Origin: a virus
Lineage: Duplodnaviria; Heunggongvirae; Uroviricota; Caudoviricetes
DNA length: 64,000 nucleotides
Reading direction: 5' to 3' (one strand)
Virus record (IMG/VR): IMGVR_UViG_3300020045_006153
Location: 179,550 to 243,549 of that record
Numbering within the stretch: the stretch's first letter is position 1; every line of letters begins with the position of its first letter. Below are positions 54,693 to 64,000 of this stretch, one piece after another. Both the position numbers and the translations under genes were made by a program. Below the pieces are notes generated by a model. The model searched no databases. It had not been told where the DNA came from and saw nothing but the letters and a program-made list of their open reading frames with translations.

Positions 54693-57600
54693 TTAGCCGC
54701 TAGTTATCATTGATGTTAGTTTTAATTCTGATGCTGTTAGGCTATCAATAACTTGAATATTATCCACTGTTGCTCCGTTTACAAATATTTCATTGCTTTG
54801 ACATGTAATCTGATATAAACTTCCAAACTTATCAGACGACATAGGAACAATAACAAAATTAATTATGTCCGGAGTCATTGTGTTCATTACATAAGTTGCA
54901 AGTTCACTAAAATTAAACGTTTGTCCAAATTCCCAATTCTCAATTGCAAAAAATTCATTCATTGCTGCTAATATCCTTGTTTGAATAGAAGTAGCGCTAA
55001 CTGATCGTGCTGGATTAGTAACCGCTTTAAATGTCGCTTGAAGTGGTGATGCTGCTTGAGGTCCAAATAAAACCTTATATTTTGCAGGATGAAATATAAT
55101 TTCATCACTAATACTTTTTATAGGTTCTAATATAGAAGAGTAATTTTCTTCTAAACTCTGAGAAGTTGGTTGCAAAGGAGCGGTTCCTATACCAGTTGTT
55201 AACCAATTTCTATAAGTCAAGTCGTATGTTTTACTTAACAAATAAATGTCGATTATGTTACTTTTACTAGGGTCAATTCTGCGTTCTTGCCCGCTATTAT
55301 GGTTATAATGAAATTTTATTCCAGAGCGGCCTTGTTTTGCAAAGTACAATGGTTCTAAAACATATCCGTTAATTGTATATGTTTTAAGAACATTAATGTT
55401 TGAATCGTAAAAATAATAAAGTTGGCCAATTACTGGATTTATTAAATTATTTTCTGAAGGATAAGCAATTACTGATCCATTATATAAAGTATAACGCAAA
55501 CCATCTGCGGATAATTTAAAGTAAACAAATTTATCTCTATAACTAGTCTGAAAGTTTGTACTTGTAGGCGATACAATGTTATCAAATGCATCCGGATCGT
55601 CTATTTGTCCATCATCATTATTGTCATAAAAACTTACTAATACTTTTTTAGGTTGTACATATCCGTCAGATTCAATCACTGCCCCATCAATTTGCCAACT
55701 GTAATCTGATCCTAAACTCACTAAAGAATCAATATCGTTAGTGTTAAAATACGAAGAGTGTGAAGTAACTGATACATTTCTTTCAACAAATGTCACTGGA
55801 GAAGAAGTTGAGATTACACTCGGTAATGCTCCTGATATATTAATATAATTTGATAATGTATTAACACTATTAACTATTGCCTGACCTGTTGGAATCAAAG
55901 GATGAATAATTGCAAATAAGGTATAATTAGTACCAGTTGCAACATTTAAATATAAATTAGAGGATAATCCAGTTGATATAGTAGATGCAGTTGACAGGTA
56001 TCGAACTTCGATTTTAGGAGTAATGTTAATAGCAGTAGTTGCAGTAAACAACATAGTACCTGTTGTGTTTAATGGATTTATTGATAATACTTCAATTTTA
56101 TCCTTAATAACAGTATTATTAACAAAATCATAATTTTTCTTTGATTTATCAACAAAAAATGCAGTTTCTTTATCACTTTCAAATACATAATCAGTAGTTC
56201 GATATCGAACTACATATTTCTTGCCGGTCCACTCGAACGAAACTAACCAACTAGAATCTTTATTAAGATTGCTAATATCTTTCTGATAGTTAAACCCAAT
56301 AACATTAACTAAATCTAAATTAGTATCACTTATAATATACCAATCTCTAGTTACTTCATCAAATGCAATACCGAAATTTCGTTTAGAACTAATAATATTA
56401 ACTATTTCAATTTCCAATGCAGTCGATATTCTATTTTTAAATTTAGGAATTAATGCAACTGGCACAGAACTGTTAGTCATTGTACCATTTCCAATTACAT
56501 TACCAGTTAAAGTGATTGGCCCTACTCCGTTGTCAAGTGCGCCTAGTCCGAAATTCGCACCGTCATTAACTACGTTTGCAACTTGAACCCATTTATATGC
56601 CTTAGTATTTTTAGTAGGATTAGGAGTAATGATACCAGATGGTAGATAATACTGAGGTACACCATTTAACGGAGTTGGTATAAATTTAATTAACGATCCT
56701 GGAGCAATAAACTGATATGGTCCCTTAGCATAGTCGGTGCCAACTGACACTGCTCCGATTGGAGTAATTTCAGGACGATAAAAATATCCAAGTGTTTGGT
56801 TTGTTGTGCTCGATGTTTTAACCCATGATAGATTTGCAGAAGTTAAATCTAGTTTTGGATATAATTCTAAATAAGCAGATTTAAATTCAGGTAAATCAAA
56901 GATAGGCAGAATTTTAGATTTAACTAATGACCTTGCTTCCGACACATTGTTAAACAAGAAATCAAAATTATTTTCGTTGTGTTGCTTATATAAAATACCA
57001 TCATTTGCAAAAATATTCGTACTGCTATAATTTCCGCTAATATCGCTTAATTCAAAATATCGACTAATTCCACTACTAACTCGATTAATACTTTTTACTT
57101 TCAAAATATCAGAATCAACAGTTAACGGTGCAATGTTATAATCTTCAGCAGTAATCATTCTATTTTGAGTATAATAGACTTGTGGTGCTTTTACTCGAAT
57201 ATCAGCATTGCTTTCAGCAGTTGCAGAATTATTAACTGTGTATTGTAAACTAAGAATAACTGTCAAAGTATGGGATTGACCAGATTTGCTAATGTACGGA
57301 ATTTGAACAGAGATGTTATTCATCTGTTCAGGTTTAATAGAATACACCTGTCCATTACTTTGTCTATAATAGATCTTAAATGTCCCGTTCGGTAAATTAC
57401 CAAAACTGCCGTCTGCAAAAGTTAAATCAATTTGATCATTTTCCCTAGTTGCAACTCCGTATATATTTCTAATGTTACTGCTTAAACTATTATAGATAAT
57501 GTTATTACCAGTCGTTGCAGATACCTTAGTCCATAAAGACTCATGCTGTGTACCATCTGCTGATAATTGCCATAACCATACATCAGAATTGTTAATGTCG

Positions 57601-58448
57601 GGTACATTAACACCTACAAGTTCATTAGGCACCGGGTTATTAATTGAAAAGTTAGAAGATCCTAAAGTGCCTTGTCGAAATTGTACAAAGAATCCAGTAT
57701 TTGCACTCGAACTTCCGCCGTTATCATTCTTAAAAATAATACCAAATTGATTTGCAGGAAGTGGAGCTTCTTCATACACATACGTTCGATCAAGAAAGGT
57801 AGATGACACTAATTCAAATGTCATTTGTGTTCCTCCAATATTCTTGTTAAACGAATAAACAGGAATACCGGTCGAACTAGAATTGAGTCTATACTGCTCA
57901 GTCGAAATTCCACCGATTGTACCTTTTGCATCGGGTTTACCAAAAGTAGTTAAACTAGACATTGCAGAATTCATAACTGCAATAAATTGTTGATACCAAT
58001 TAGTATTGGTATGATCATTCCATCCTATAATAGAATTAGAAAGATTAACTCCGTTTGAGTCAATTACTCCTTCCGAAGTAACAACTGAAGTTATTTTTAA
58101 AAATCCATTTGCTGGAACATTTCGATTAACATTATAATTAATCAATTTAGCAAGACGAAGAATACTTTCGCGGCGTTCTGCAGTTTCTAGAAAATTTTCA
58201 CGAGCATTTAAATCAATGCGGAAACTTAAATTTTGTCCAAGAAATGCTATTAAATCAACTAACGCAACAAATTCACTGCTGTCAATATAATCGTTAAATT
58301 CCTCAGGGTAATTTTCCCTGAGGTAATTGATCATTGTGCGTCGTAAGGTTTCAAAATCATAACTCTTAAAGTCGGCGTTACGAAAGGTTTGATAGATTTT
58401 AGTCCAATCCTCAGCAACAAGGAGTTTATTAGTTGTAGATGGTATCAT
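54693..58448 (-). CDS. Baseplate wedge protein (gp6-like)
   Basis: DFETLR, E.FL.TAERRESILRLA, FADG.FG..P, ES...IR..AP..Y.TQNRMIT.EDY. Confidence 0.88.
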   Translation of the reverse strand: MIPSTTNKLLVAEDWTKIYQTFRNADFKSYDFETLRRTMINYLRENYPEEFNDYIDSSEFVALVDLIAFLGQNLSFRIDLNARENFLETAERRESILRLAKLINYNVNRNVPANGFLKITSVVTSEGVIDSNGVNLSNSIIGWNDHTNTNWYQQFIAVMNSAMSSLTTFGKPDAKGTIGGISTEQYRLNSSSTGIPVYSFNKNIGGTQMTFELVSSTFLDRTYVYEEAPLPANQFGIIFKNDNGGSSSANTGFFVQFRQGTLGSSNFSINNPVPNELVGVNVPDINNSDVWLWQLSADGTQHESLWTKVSATTGNNIIYNSLSSNIRNIYGVATRENDQIDLTFADGSFGNLPNGTFKIYYRQSNGQVYSIKPEQMNNISVQIPYISKSGQSHTLTVILSLQYTVNNSATAESNADIRVKAPQVYYTQNRMITAEDYNIAPLTVDSDILKVKSINRVSSGISRYFELSDISGNYSSTNIFANDGILYKQHNENNFDFLFNNVSEARSLVKSKILPIFDLPEFKSAYLELYPKLDLTSANLSWVKTSSTTNQTLGYFYRPEITPIGAVSVGTDYAKGPYQFIAPGSLIKFIPTPLNGVPQYYLPSGIITPNPTKNTKAYKWVQVANVVNDGANFGLGALDNGVGPITLTGNVIGNGTMTNSSVPVALIPKFKNRISTALEIEIVNIISSKRNFGIAFDEVTRDWYIISDTNLDLVNVIGFNYQKDISNLNKDSSWLVSFEWTGKKYVVRYRTTDYVFESDKETAFFVDKSKKNYDFVNNTVIKDKIEVLSINPLNTTGTMLFTATTAINITPKIEVRYLSTASTISTGLSSNLYLNVATGTNYTLFAIIHPLIPTGQAIVNSVNTLSNYINISGALPSVISTSSPVTFVERNVSVTSHSSYFNTNDIDSLVSLGSDYSWQIDGAVIESDGYVQPKKVLVSFYDNNDDGQIDDPDAFDNIVSPTSTNFQTSYRDKFVYFKLSADGLRYTLYNGSVIAYPSENNLINPVIGQLYYFYDSNINVLKTYTINGYVLEPLYFAKQGRSGIKFHYNHNSGQERRIDPSKSNIIDIYLLSKTYDLTYRNWLTTGIGTAPLQPTSQSLEENYSSILEPIKSISDEIIFHPAKYKVLFGPQAASPLQATFKAVTNPARSVSATSIQTRILAAMNEFFAIENWEFGQTFNFSELATYVMNTMTPDIINFVIVPMSSDKFGSLYQITCQSNEIFVNGATVDNIQVIDSLTASELKLTSMITSG

Positions 58449-58451
58449 AAT

Positions 58452-58475
58452 GGGATCTCGGTGATCCCGTATTTA
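58452..58475 (-). promoter_or_regulatory. TAAATA promoter plus hairpin over the gp6-like translation start region
   Basis: TAAATA (58475-58470), then GGGATC-ACCGA-GATCCC ending 3 nt before ATG. Confidence 0.6.
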
Positions 58476-58497
58476 TTGTCGTAATTAAGTTAGTACT

Positions 58498-58935
58498 TTA
58501 TTGTACAGCCAACCCTTGATTTTTATCAAAAGTTAACTTCATACTCGAAGTTTGATCAGTTCCTACATACTGCAATGTAACTTCTAGCAGCATCCCGTAC
58601 TCTTGCTCATTAATACTAATTTGAATAGGAACTGCACGTGGGTCAGAATTACATACCCTACTTACGTCATCCTTAATCGATTGCTTAATGCGCTCAGTAA
58701 ACGGCTCAAATATTATATCCCATATAATAGTTCCAAAAGTAGGAAGCATAACACGCTCACCTAATCGAGTATTAAACTGATTTAAAATGTCTTGCTTAAT
58801 TAAATCAAAATCGTATAATTTTGTTGTTATAGCAGAAGGGTTAACAGTACTGTACCCTACATAAAATTGACTTTGTTTTGCTGTATGAGTTGCAGTATAT
58901 TGTGGTGGATTAATTTCTATGTTCTTGTATGCCAT
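58498..58935 (-). CDS. Baseplate wedge subunit (gp25-like)
   Basis: LIKQDILN.F.TR.GERVM.P.FGT.IWD..FEP...DPR. Confidence 0.9.
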   Translation of the reverse strand: MAYKNIEINPPQYTATHTAKQSQFYVGYSTVNPSAITTKLYDFDLIKQDILNQFNTRLGERVMLPTFGTIIWDIIFEPFTERIKQSIKDDVSRVCNSDPRAVPIQISINEQEYGMLLEVTLQYVGTDQTSSMKLTFDKNQGLAVQ

Positions 58936-58943
58936 ATAATTCC

Positions 58944-60326
58944 TTATTTCGTATTATCAGTTTTTGAAGGAATAAACTGAGTTGAACTGATGTTTTCGTG
59001 GTGCGGCCAAGGCTCATGTACAGGAACACGTTTCATAATGCTAGTCAGGTTATCAGATTTGTAAAATACTTTATTCTTCCAACCTTTTCCAGTATTTGTA
59101 TTAGGTAATGAAAAAGTAGGTAACGCAGTTGGAGAGGCTGCTGTAGCAGCCGCTGGGCCGTTCATATGGATATTAGCAGCAGTTTCTATATGATCCCCAC
59201 TGCTTCGAATGTTTGTTGTTGATCCAGCAGTAAAATTATTACTAGAAGCCGAAGTAAGATTAAACGACGAACCTACTTTTATCAATCCGCTAGCACCAAC
59301 TATTAAATTATAGTTAGCACCAACGTTAGTATTCATTACACCGCCTGCTTTTAAATTTATATTTCGAACGGCTTCGATATTAACATCTCGATCTGCTCTA
59401 AAATTAAAATCGATTTCAGTATGCACACTTACGCTGTCAGTTGCAAATATATCAATTTTCCCGTCGCTAGTTAATTCAATCCAGGCGGTGCCTTTACTGT
59501 TTGCAATGTAAATTAAATCATCAGTATTATGCATCAAAATTTGATGACCAGTACGAGTACGCAATCTTACAAGTTCGTTCTTCCCTTCTTGATCACCATC
59601 ATCCATTACAAATTGTGAACCACCTAGTCTACTAACAGGCACTGTTGCTTTGGTTTCATAGCCAACTAATCCTTTTTTGCCTGCCGGATCTAGCGGCCCC
59701 GGAGTAGAAATACCAAATACCGCACTCGGTACTTCACGTCTCGCAGAACTCGAAGTAACACCACGAACTGTGTCAATTAATAATCCTTGCGCCATTAGTT
59801 TATCAGCGAACGGATGAATAGGTTTACGTTGAGCATCCGGGCTTATTTGAGATTTATCACTTCGTTTATGAAACTCTGCAACAGGTAAATTTTTAGTGCC
59901 GTATAGTGTTTCTTGCTCTGGACTAATATAAGATGCAGTAGAGGCTGCAATTCCAGGTACCATAAAGTTCTGAAACTTATCAGGTACACATCCGATCCAG
60001 TATCCTTGATTTACATCCCCGTCAATAAAAATAACCATTACCTGTGTGCCTACATCTGGAGGAATCATCCACATTCCGTAACTCTTTTGCACATCATTAA
60101 AATCCTTAGGATTTGTACCTTCGTATTTTATATGAGTAACTCCGTAAAACGGCGATAGATATTGTACCACATGCGTTTGACTTTGAATGTCAGGAGAGTT
60201 CGAAGTACCTTTTTCAAGAGTAACTTCTAATGACCCCATATGTGTAGGATCAAGATGGTTAGTAATTCTAGCCAGAAATGGTCCCGAGCTCGGTAACTTA
60301 GAGTTTGATCGTGTTTCAATTGGCAT
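58944..60326 (-). CDS. Baseplate hub / tail spike (gp5/VgrG-like, no lysozyme domain)
   Basis: OB-fold DP...G.L.V, PPDVGT.V.V.F..GD...GYWIGC; beta-helix repeats; C-terminal P.HEPW..H. Confidence 0.85.
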   Translation of the reverse strand: MPIETRSNSKLPSSGPFLARITNHLDPTHMGSLEVTLEKGTSNSPDIQSQTHVVQYLSPFYGVTHIKYEGTNPKDFNDVQKSYGMWMIPPDVGTQVMVIFIDGDVNQGYWIGCVPDKFQNFMVPGIAASTASYISPEQETLYGTKNLPVAEFHKRSDKSQISPDAQRKPIHPFADKLMAQGLLIDTVRGVTSSSARREVPSAVFGISTPGPLDPAGKKGLVGYETKATVPVSRLGGSQFVMDDGDQEGKNELVRLRTRTGHQILMHNTDDLIYIANSKGTAWIELTSDGKIDIFATDSVSVHTEIDFNFRADRDVNIEAVRNINLKAGGVMNTNVGANYNLIVGASGLIKVGSSFNLTSASSNNFTAGSTTNIRSSGDHIETAANIHMNGPAAATAASPTALPTFSLPNTNTGKGWKNKVFYKSDNLTSIMKRVPVHEPWPHHENISSTQFIPSKTDNTK

Positions 60327-60327
60327 A

Positions 60328-62742
60328 TTATGTGTTCATTATTGAAGATAGCGGGCTTATTTTAGTCGGTAAAGTAAGCGTAGGAGTTATAGTAGGTATA
60401 GTTAATATCGGAGTTGCATTTAACAATACAGATGCGTTAACTTGGTTTGTTATATTCTCAACTATATTAGACGGATTATAACCCATTGGAGTTGCGGCTT
60501 TTGCCGCAACTGGTTCTTCTGATGCCGAAGTAGTTGATGGTAGCGGAGTAGGTTTAGTATACGGTTTTTTAGTATCTTCAATTTGCGATGCAACTCTAAG
60601 TAAATTTAACTTTTGTGAAAATTGTCCGTCGTTAAATGTACTCGCTACTTTAATCACTCTAAATAATCCACTATACGGCGTAATTGTATCTGAAAATATT
60701 GCCTCACCAGTAACCGAATTAACATCAATCGGATTCCTAAAAGTAAGTACAATCATTACATCACCTGTAGTAAATGCTGCTTCTCCATCCATGGTTTCAC
60801 CAAATGATTTAGTTGCGGGTTTATAATTGCCCACTCCGCTAGTTACTAGATAAAAAGGATCACCTATAATTTCTATTTCAGCCGATACTTGATCAACGTT
60901 ATCTAAAATTGCTTGATGTAAATTCTTAGCAAGTTGTGCATATGGATTCGAATCAGGTACTCCTGAATTTAATGTATCACCAACATGCACTTTATTTTTA
61001 GACGAATCAATTGCTACTGTATTTTTTCCTATTGAAGATTCAGTAGCGTCTGTTGGATTATTTGCCTGCGTAGACATGTTAACATTATTTGCAGATTGTA
61101 CTCCTCCACTAGCACTTGTTATACCTTCTTTATTTCCCATTGCTTTAGGAATTGCCTGGAAAAATAATGTATTAAAATTCAAATTAAATCGTTTAATATC
61201 TAAATTTGCACCAGTATACAAATAATCATATTCTCTATTTGCAACTAATAATTTAGTAGCAGGATCAACAGTAGATGATTGAGATAAAGGCATTCGAGTA
61301 TAATGCATTTTATAAGGAATAATCAAAAATTTGTAATTATAATATGGTTTAAGAGTACTAGGATTTATAACTTTAAGATCAGTTACTTCAAGTAATACTG
61401 TAAAATAATTCACCATGCCGTATGCATCGATCGATTTATCAAAAGTAGCAACTAGATTTTTTGTATAATCACTATCACGAATAATAGAAGTAATGCAATC
61501 GCTAATACTATGTCCATCACTAAATGATACCGTCATTTCATGCAATGGTGTTTGTGTTTTTTCAGCATTTGCTCTATCACCATTATCTGGAAATTTATAA
61601 TTTGCAGGAGTTACTAATAAGTTTAATACCTTTTGTGCTGAAATTTTCTCGTTATCAGTTCCTACTATCATGCCCGATTCGTCATCAACTAACGGCATTT
61701 CTATGGTATACGTATCGTGTTTAGTAGAGCCTTTGTCGTATGTAGAATCTGCTTCGTCTTGCATTGCTTTGTTTAACGAATGTTCTAGATCAGTTAATAA
61801 TTTACCAACGGTATTACCGGTTACTTTAATTGGAGATTTTAATTTAGTTGCTTCCCCAAATCCGCGTTCGTTAAACGGAACTCCTTTACATTGATAGCGT
61901 GTTCCATTTTCATTTACATCAATCTTAAGTCCAGTAAATGTAAACACAAAATATCGAGTCGAGTCTTGTATTATTTCAGGAGTATCGGATACTGATTGGC
62001 TGTCAGGATACCCTATAAATTCCATTTTTAATAAAAACGGAGTATTAACATATTGATCATTTCCCATTGCAACAGCCGATGTTTGTAGTGCTTCAATAAA
62101 TCCTGTCATGCTATACGGTTCAAATAAATCAAATTCTATTTTAATAGCAGTACTAACACCAGTTTTTTTATCAAATCCCATTAATGTATCTATGCGAACA
62201 TTATTGATGTAAAAATCAAACTGCCCTGCACTTTTTATTTTAAAAGTAGACACTAACGGATCTGTATCTTTACCACCATAAGAAGAATTAGTTCCTTTGC
62301 CTGCTGATTTTGCAATTACAAAATATTCATCTTCGTTATCTCTATAAGAAGACGGATCATCTAACGCTTCTTTTTTTAATGCAGCAAGGGTAAACAAATA
62401 ATTATAATTTCTATATGAATTTAACGGATTTTTGCTTTTACTAACTTCAACTTTTGATTTATTACCAGACATATCTGGTAAAGCCGGAACATTTTTATCT
62501 TCTATTTGATTAGTAGTTGGGCCATTTTGGCCAGCAGCAGGTTTTACAGCCGCTGTAGCGCCTTGTCTTTGTAAAATAGTATTAGATCTAGAAATACTAC
62601 CATTAAATGGAGTTTTTATATCTATGTTAGGTGATGTTGAAATTCCTGTACCACTGCGAGCACCAGTGCCGTATCCACCATCACCTGCGCCTTGCGCACC
62701 CGGAATATATCTACCAGGACTAGATGTTTTAGTAGTTGCCAT
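60328..62742 (-). CDS. Baseplate hub-like protein
   Basis: NPLN.Y...NY.FTL, EPYS, PFLLK.EF.G, IIGDP.YL, SG.F.V..V.S.F..G.F.Q.L; lies between the gp53-like and gp5-like genes. Confidence 0.65.
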   Translation of the reverse strand: MATTKTSSPGRYIPGAQGAGDGGYGTGARSGTGISTSPNIDIKTPFNGSISRSNTILQRQGATAAVKPAAGQNGPTTNQIEDKNVPALPDMSGNKSKVEVSKSKNPLNSYRNYNYLFTLAALKKEALDDPSSYRDNEDEYFVIAKSAGKGTNSSYGGKDTDPLVSTFKIKSAGQFDFYINNVRIDTLMGFDKKTGVSTAIKIEFDLFEPYSMTGFIEALQTSAVAMGNDQYVNTPFLLKMEFIGYPDSQSVSDTPEIIQDSTRYFVFTFTGLKIDVNENGTRYQCKGVPFNERGFGEATKLKSPIKVTGNTVGKLLTDLEHSLNKAMQDEADSTYDKGSTKHDTYTIEMPLVDDESGMIVGTDNEKISAQKVLNLLVTPANYKFPDNGDRANAEKTQTPLHEMTVSFSDGHSISDCITSIIRDSDYTKNLVATFDKSIDAYGMVNYFTVLLEVTDLKVINPSTLKPYYNYKFLIIPYKMHYTRMPLSQSSTVDPATKLLVANREYDYLYTGANLDIKRFNLNFNTLFFQAIPKAMGNKEGITSASGGVQSANNVNMSTQANNPTDATESSIGKNTVAIDSSKNKVHVGDTLNSGVPDSNPYAQLAKNLHQAILDNVDQVSAEIEIIGDPFYLVTSGVGNYKPATKSFGETMDGEAAFTTGDVMIVLTFRNPIDVNSVTGEAIFSDTITPYSGLFRVIKVASTFNDGQFSQKLNLLRVASQIEDTKKPYTKPTPLPSTTSASEEPVAAKAATPMGYNPSNIVENITNQVNASVLLNATPILTIPTITPTLTLPTKISPLSSIMNT

Positions 62743-62743
62743 G

Positions 62744-63043
62744 TTAACTTCCCATTATTTTATCTAATGTCGTTTTTTTAGGTAGAAATATTTTCTGCCC
62801 TGCATATAAATCAAATATAGGATCTTTAATTTTGTCTTTATTTCTTACAGCAAATACCCACCATAATAAAACATTGCCATATAGATCATATGCAAGCAAA
62901 TCCGGTCGATACTCATATTGAGGAAGAACTTCAAATATTACATCATCTGATTGACTAGGAATATTTCTAAATGCGATTACATCTAAAAACGATCCTGAAA
63001 ATTGAGTGTAATAATACGGGCTAAATTTAGAATAAACAGCCAT
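62744..63043 (-). CDS. Baseplate wedge protein (gp53/LysM-like)
   Basis: YRPDLLAYDLYG...LWWVFA.RN...DPIFD...G..I.LP. Confidence 0.85.
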   Translation of the reverse strand: MAVYSKFSPYYYTQFSGSFLDVIAFRNIPSQSDDVIFEVLPQYEYRPDLLAYDLYGNVLLWWVFAVRNKDKIKDPIFDLYAGQKIFLPKKTTLDKIMGS

Positions 63044-63849
63044 TATACATATCCTTTATTATTTCTACCCTCTTTAGCAATATCAACACTATATTGCATT
63101 TGTTCGTCTCTACTAAAGATCGGTATTAAATTTATTGTCATTGTTGCAATAATAGGCACAGAATTAACTCCATAAATATTATAAAATAATGCTCCTGTAT
63201 CAATATAATCGACATTTTTAGGTAAATCAATTCTAAATGTTTGTACAGCAACCGGAACATTGTTAAACATTTGGTCGCCATATGCCATTAATCTACAAAC
63301 CGGAGGAGGTGCTCCGGCGTTTTCATCATCACCCCATTTCATTTTAGTTAACAAACGAAGCATATTAATTGTTGACAGATACATACCTGCATCAAATTCA
63401 TTCTGTGAAGTAAATTCAGCAGTAATTGAAATAGGCCCTGCAAAACTATTTTTATAAAAATATTGTTTAAAATTAGAATGAGTAGGAGAAACTTCATTAT
63501 AACTTGCAGCATACTCTTGACTAATTGTAGGAGTATAAGGAAATATAATTCCACCATTAGTGTTAAGTGTATCTTCTGGTCCTCTAAGTTGAGGAGTAGT
63601 TAGGTAATAATCAGGTACTATTAATTTTACTCTAGTATCTTGTTTATCGCCAACAAATGTTGCAGTTGCAGGCGTTAGTGATAGTGGTGTTGACGAGATA
63701 CTAGGTCTACCACTTAACGGATTTGTTAAAAATTTCGAAACACTACTAGTTGCAGACTTAACCGCAGAATCTACTGCTGAGACAGTATTACTGACAGCAT
63801 ATTTTGCCTGCGTAGCAAGTCCTGCAATTGATTCATTAATAGAAGCCAT
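63043..63849 (-). CDS. Tail tube initiator / baseplate protein (gp48/gp54-like)
   Basis: G.IFPYTP.I, H.N, GAPPPVC.L..YG...F.NVPV.V..F..DLP..VDY; start revised to MASINES; TAAATA at 63875-63870. Confidence 0.65.
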   Translation of the reverse strand: MASINESIAGLATQAKYAVSNTVSAVDSAVKSATSSVSKFLTNPLSGRPSISSTPLSLTPATATFVGDKQDTRVKLIVPDYYLTTPQLRGPEDTLNTNGGIIFPYTPTISQEYAASYNEVSPTHSNFKQYFYKNSFAGPISITAEFTSQNEFDAGMYLSTINMLRLLTKMKWGDDENAGAPPPVCRLMAYGDQMFNNVPVAVQTFRIDLPKNVDYIDTGALFYNIYGVNSVPIIATMTINLIPIFSRDEQMQYSVDIAKEGRNNKGYV

Positions 63850-63903
63850 GTGATTTATCCTTGTGCCTTTATTTACCGATAAATAATATACGCACTTAAA
63901 TGG

Positions 63904-63933
63904 TTGACCTATTTGTGGCTTTTTTGCTACAAT
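63904..63933 (+). promoter_or_regulatory. sigma70 promoter for a divergent gene starting at 63958
   Basis: TTGACC-N18-TACAAT with extended TGn; also TAAATA at 63880-63885. Confidence 0.6.
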
Positions 63934-63957
63934 ATTACAAAGGACCGTTTCATACAC

Positions 63958-64000
63958 ATGACAACAACAATAACAAGCACCGGACGCAAGGTAAAATACC
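63958..64000 (+). CDS. 5' end of a divergent gene (MTTTITSTGRKVKY...), truncated by the window
   Basis: ATG after the promoter and AAGGA; only 14 codons visible. Confidence 0.5.
   Translation, partial: MTTTITSTGRKVKY

Noticed and set aside
1-64000. Stop-codon reassignment, as in some jumbo phages
   Set aside because: Genes are full-length in code 11; thyA ends at TAG right after its canonical MAV terminus, and TGA is used in many ATGA overlaps
1-64000. tRNA genes, CRISPR arrays, integrase or IS elements
   Set aside because: Intergenic gaps are short and I saw no cloverleaf, repeat-spacer array, transposase or recombinase motif; a tRNAscan/Infernal run would be needed to be definitive

Overview
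A 64-kb, AT-rich, densely coding segment of a large myovirus (jumbo-type, distantly T4-like dsDNA phage). It uses the standard genetic code. The host is probably Gram-negative, given the two-component spanins, ClpA and consensus sigma70 promoters. Almost all genes are on the minus strand. From left to right: the end of a tail-fibre gene; thyA-folA; a MoxR AAA+/VWA-metallopeptidase pair; an RNase H-type 5'-3' exonuclease; a 7-deazaguanine cluster (queE, folE, nucleotide-sugar dehydrogenase, GT-B glycosyltransferase, queD-like, a possible PD-(D/E)xK nuclease, TGT/DpdA-like transglycosylase) continuous with a probable sliding clamp and a family B DNA polymerase; probable capsid-internal proteins and three tandem nucleotidyltransferases; ClpA-Def-DnaJ; a lysis cassette (holin, GH19 endolysin, spanins); PhoH, clamp loader, kinase, MazG-like, GroES-like and a DnaE-like fragment; and a tail-fibre/baseplate module that includes a 3425-aa protein. 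The best candidate for an undescribed system is the deazaguanine cluster. It has no queC/queF in the window but embeds a glycosyltransferase resembling the queuosine mannosyltransferase (GTDC1/QTMAN) family plus a sugar-nucleotide dehydrogenase. Its transglycosylase also shares a C-terminal motif with the polymerase tail. Together these suggest a replication-coupled, glycosylated 7-deazaguanine DNA modification. The regulatory architecture is clearly readable: sigma70 and TAAATA promoters, leaderless mRNAs, SD-sequestering hairpins, and twin GCCNNAAA-loop hairpins before the polymerase. All protein calls come from motif recognition by eye; no database searches were run.
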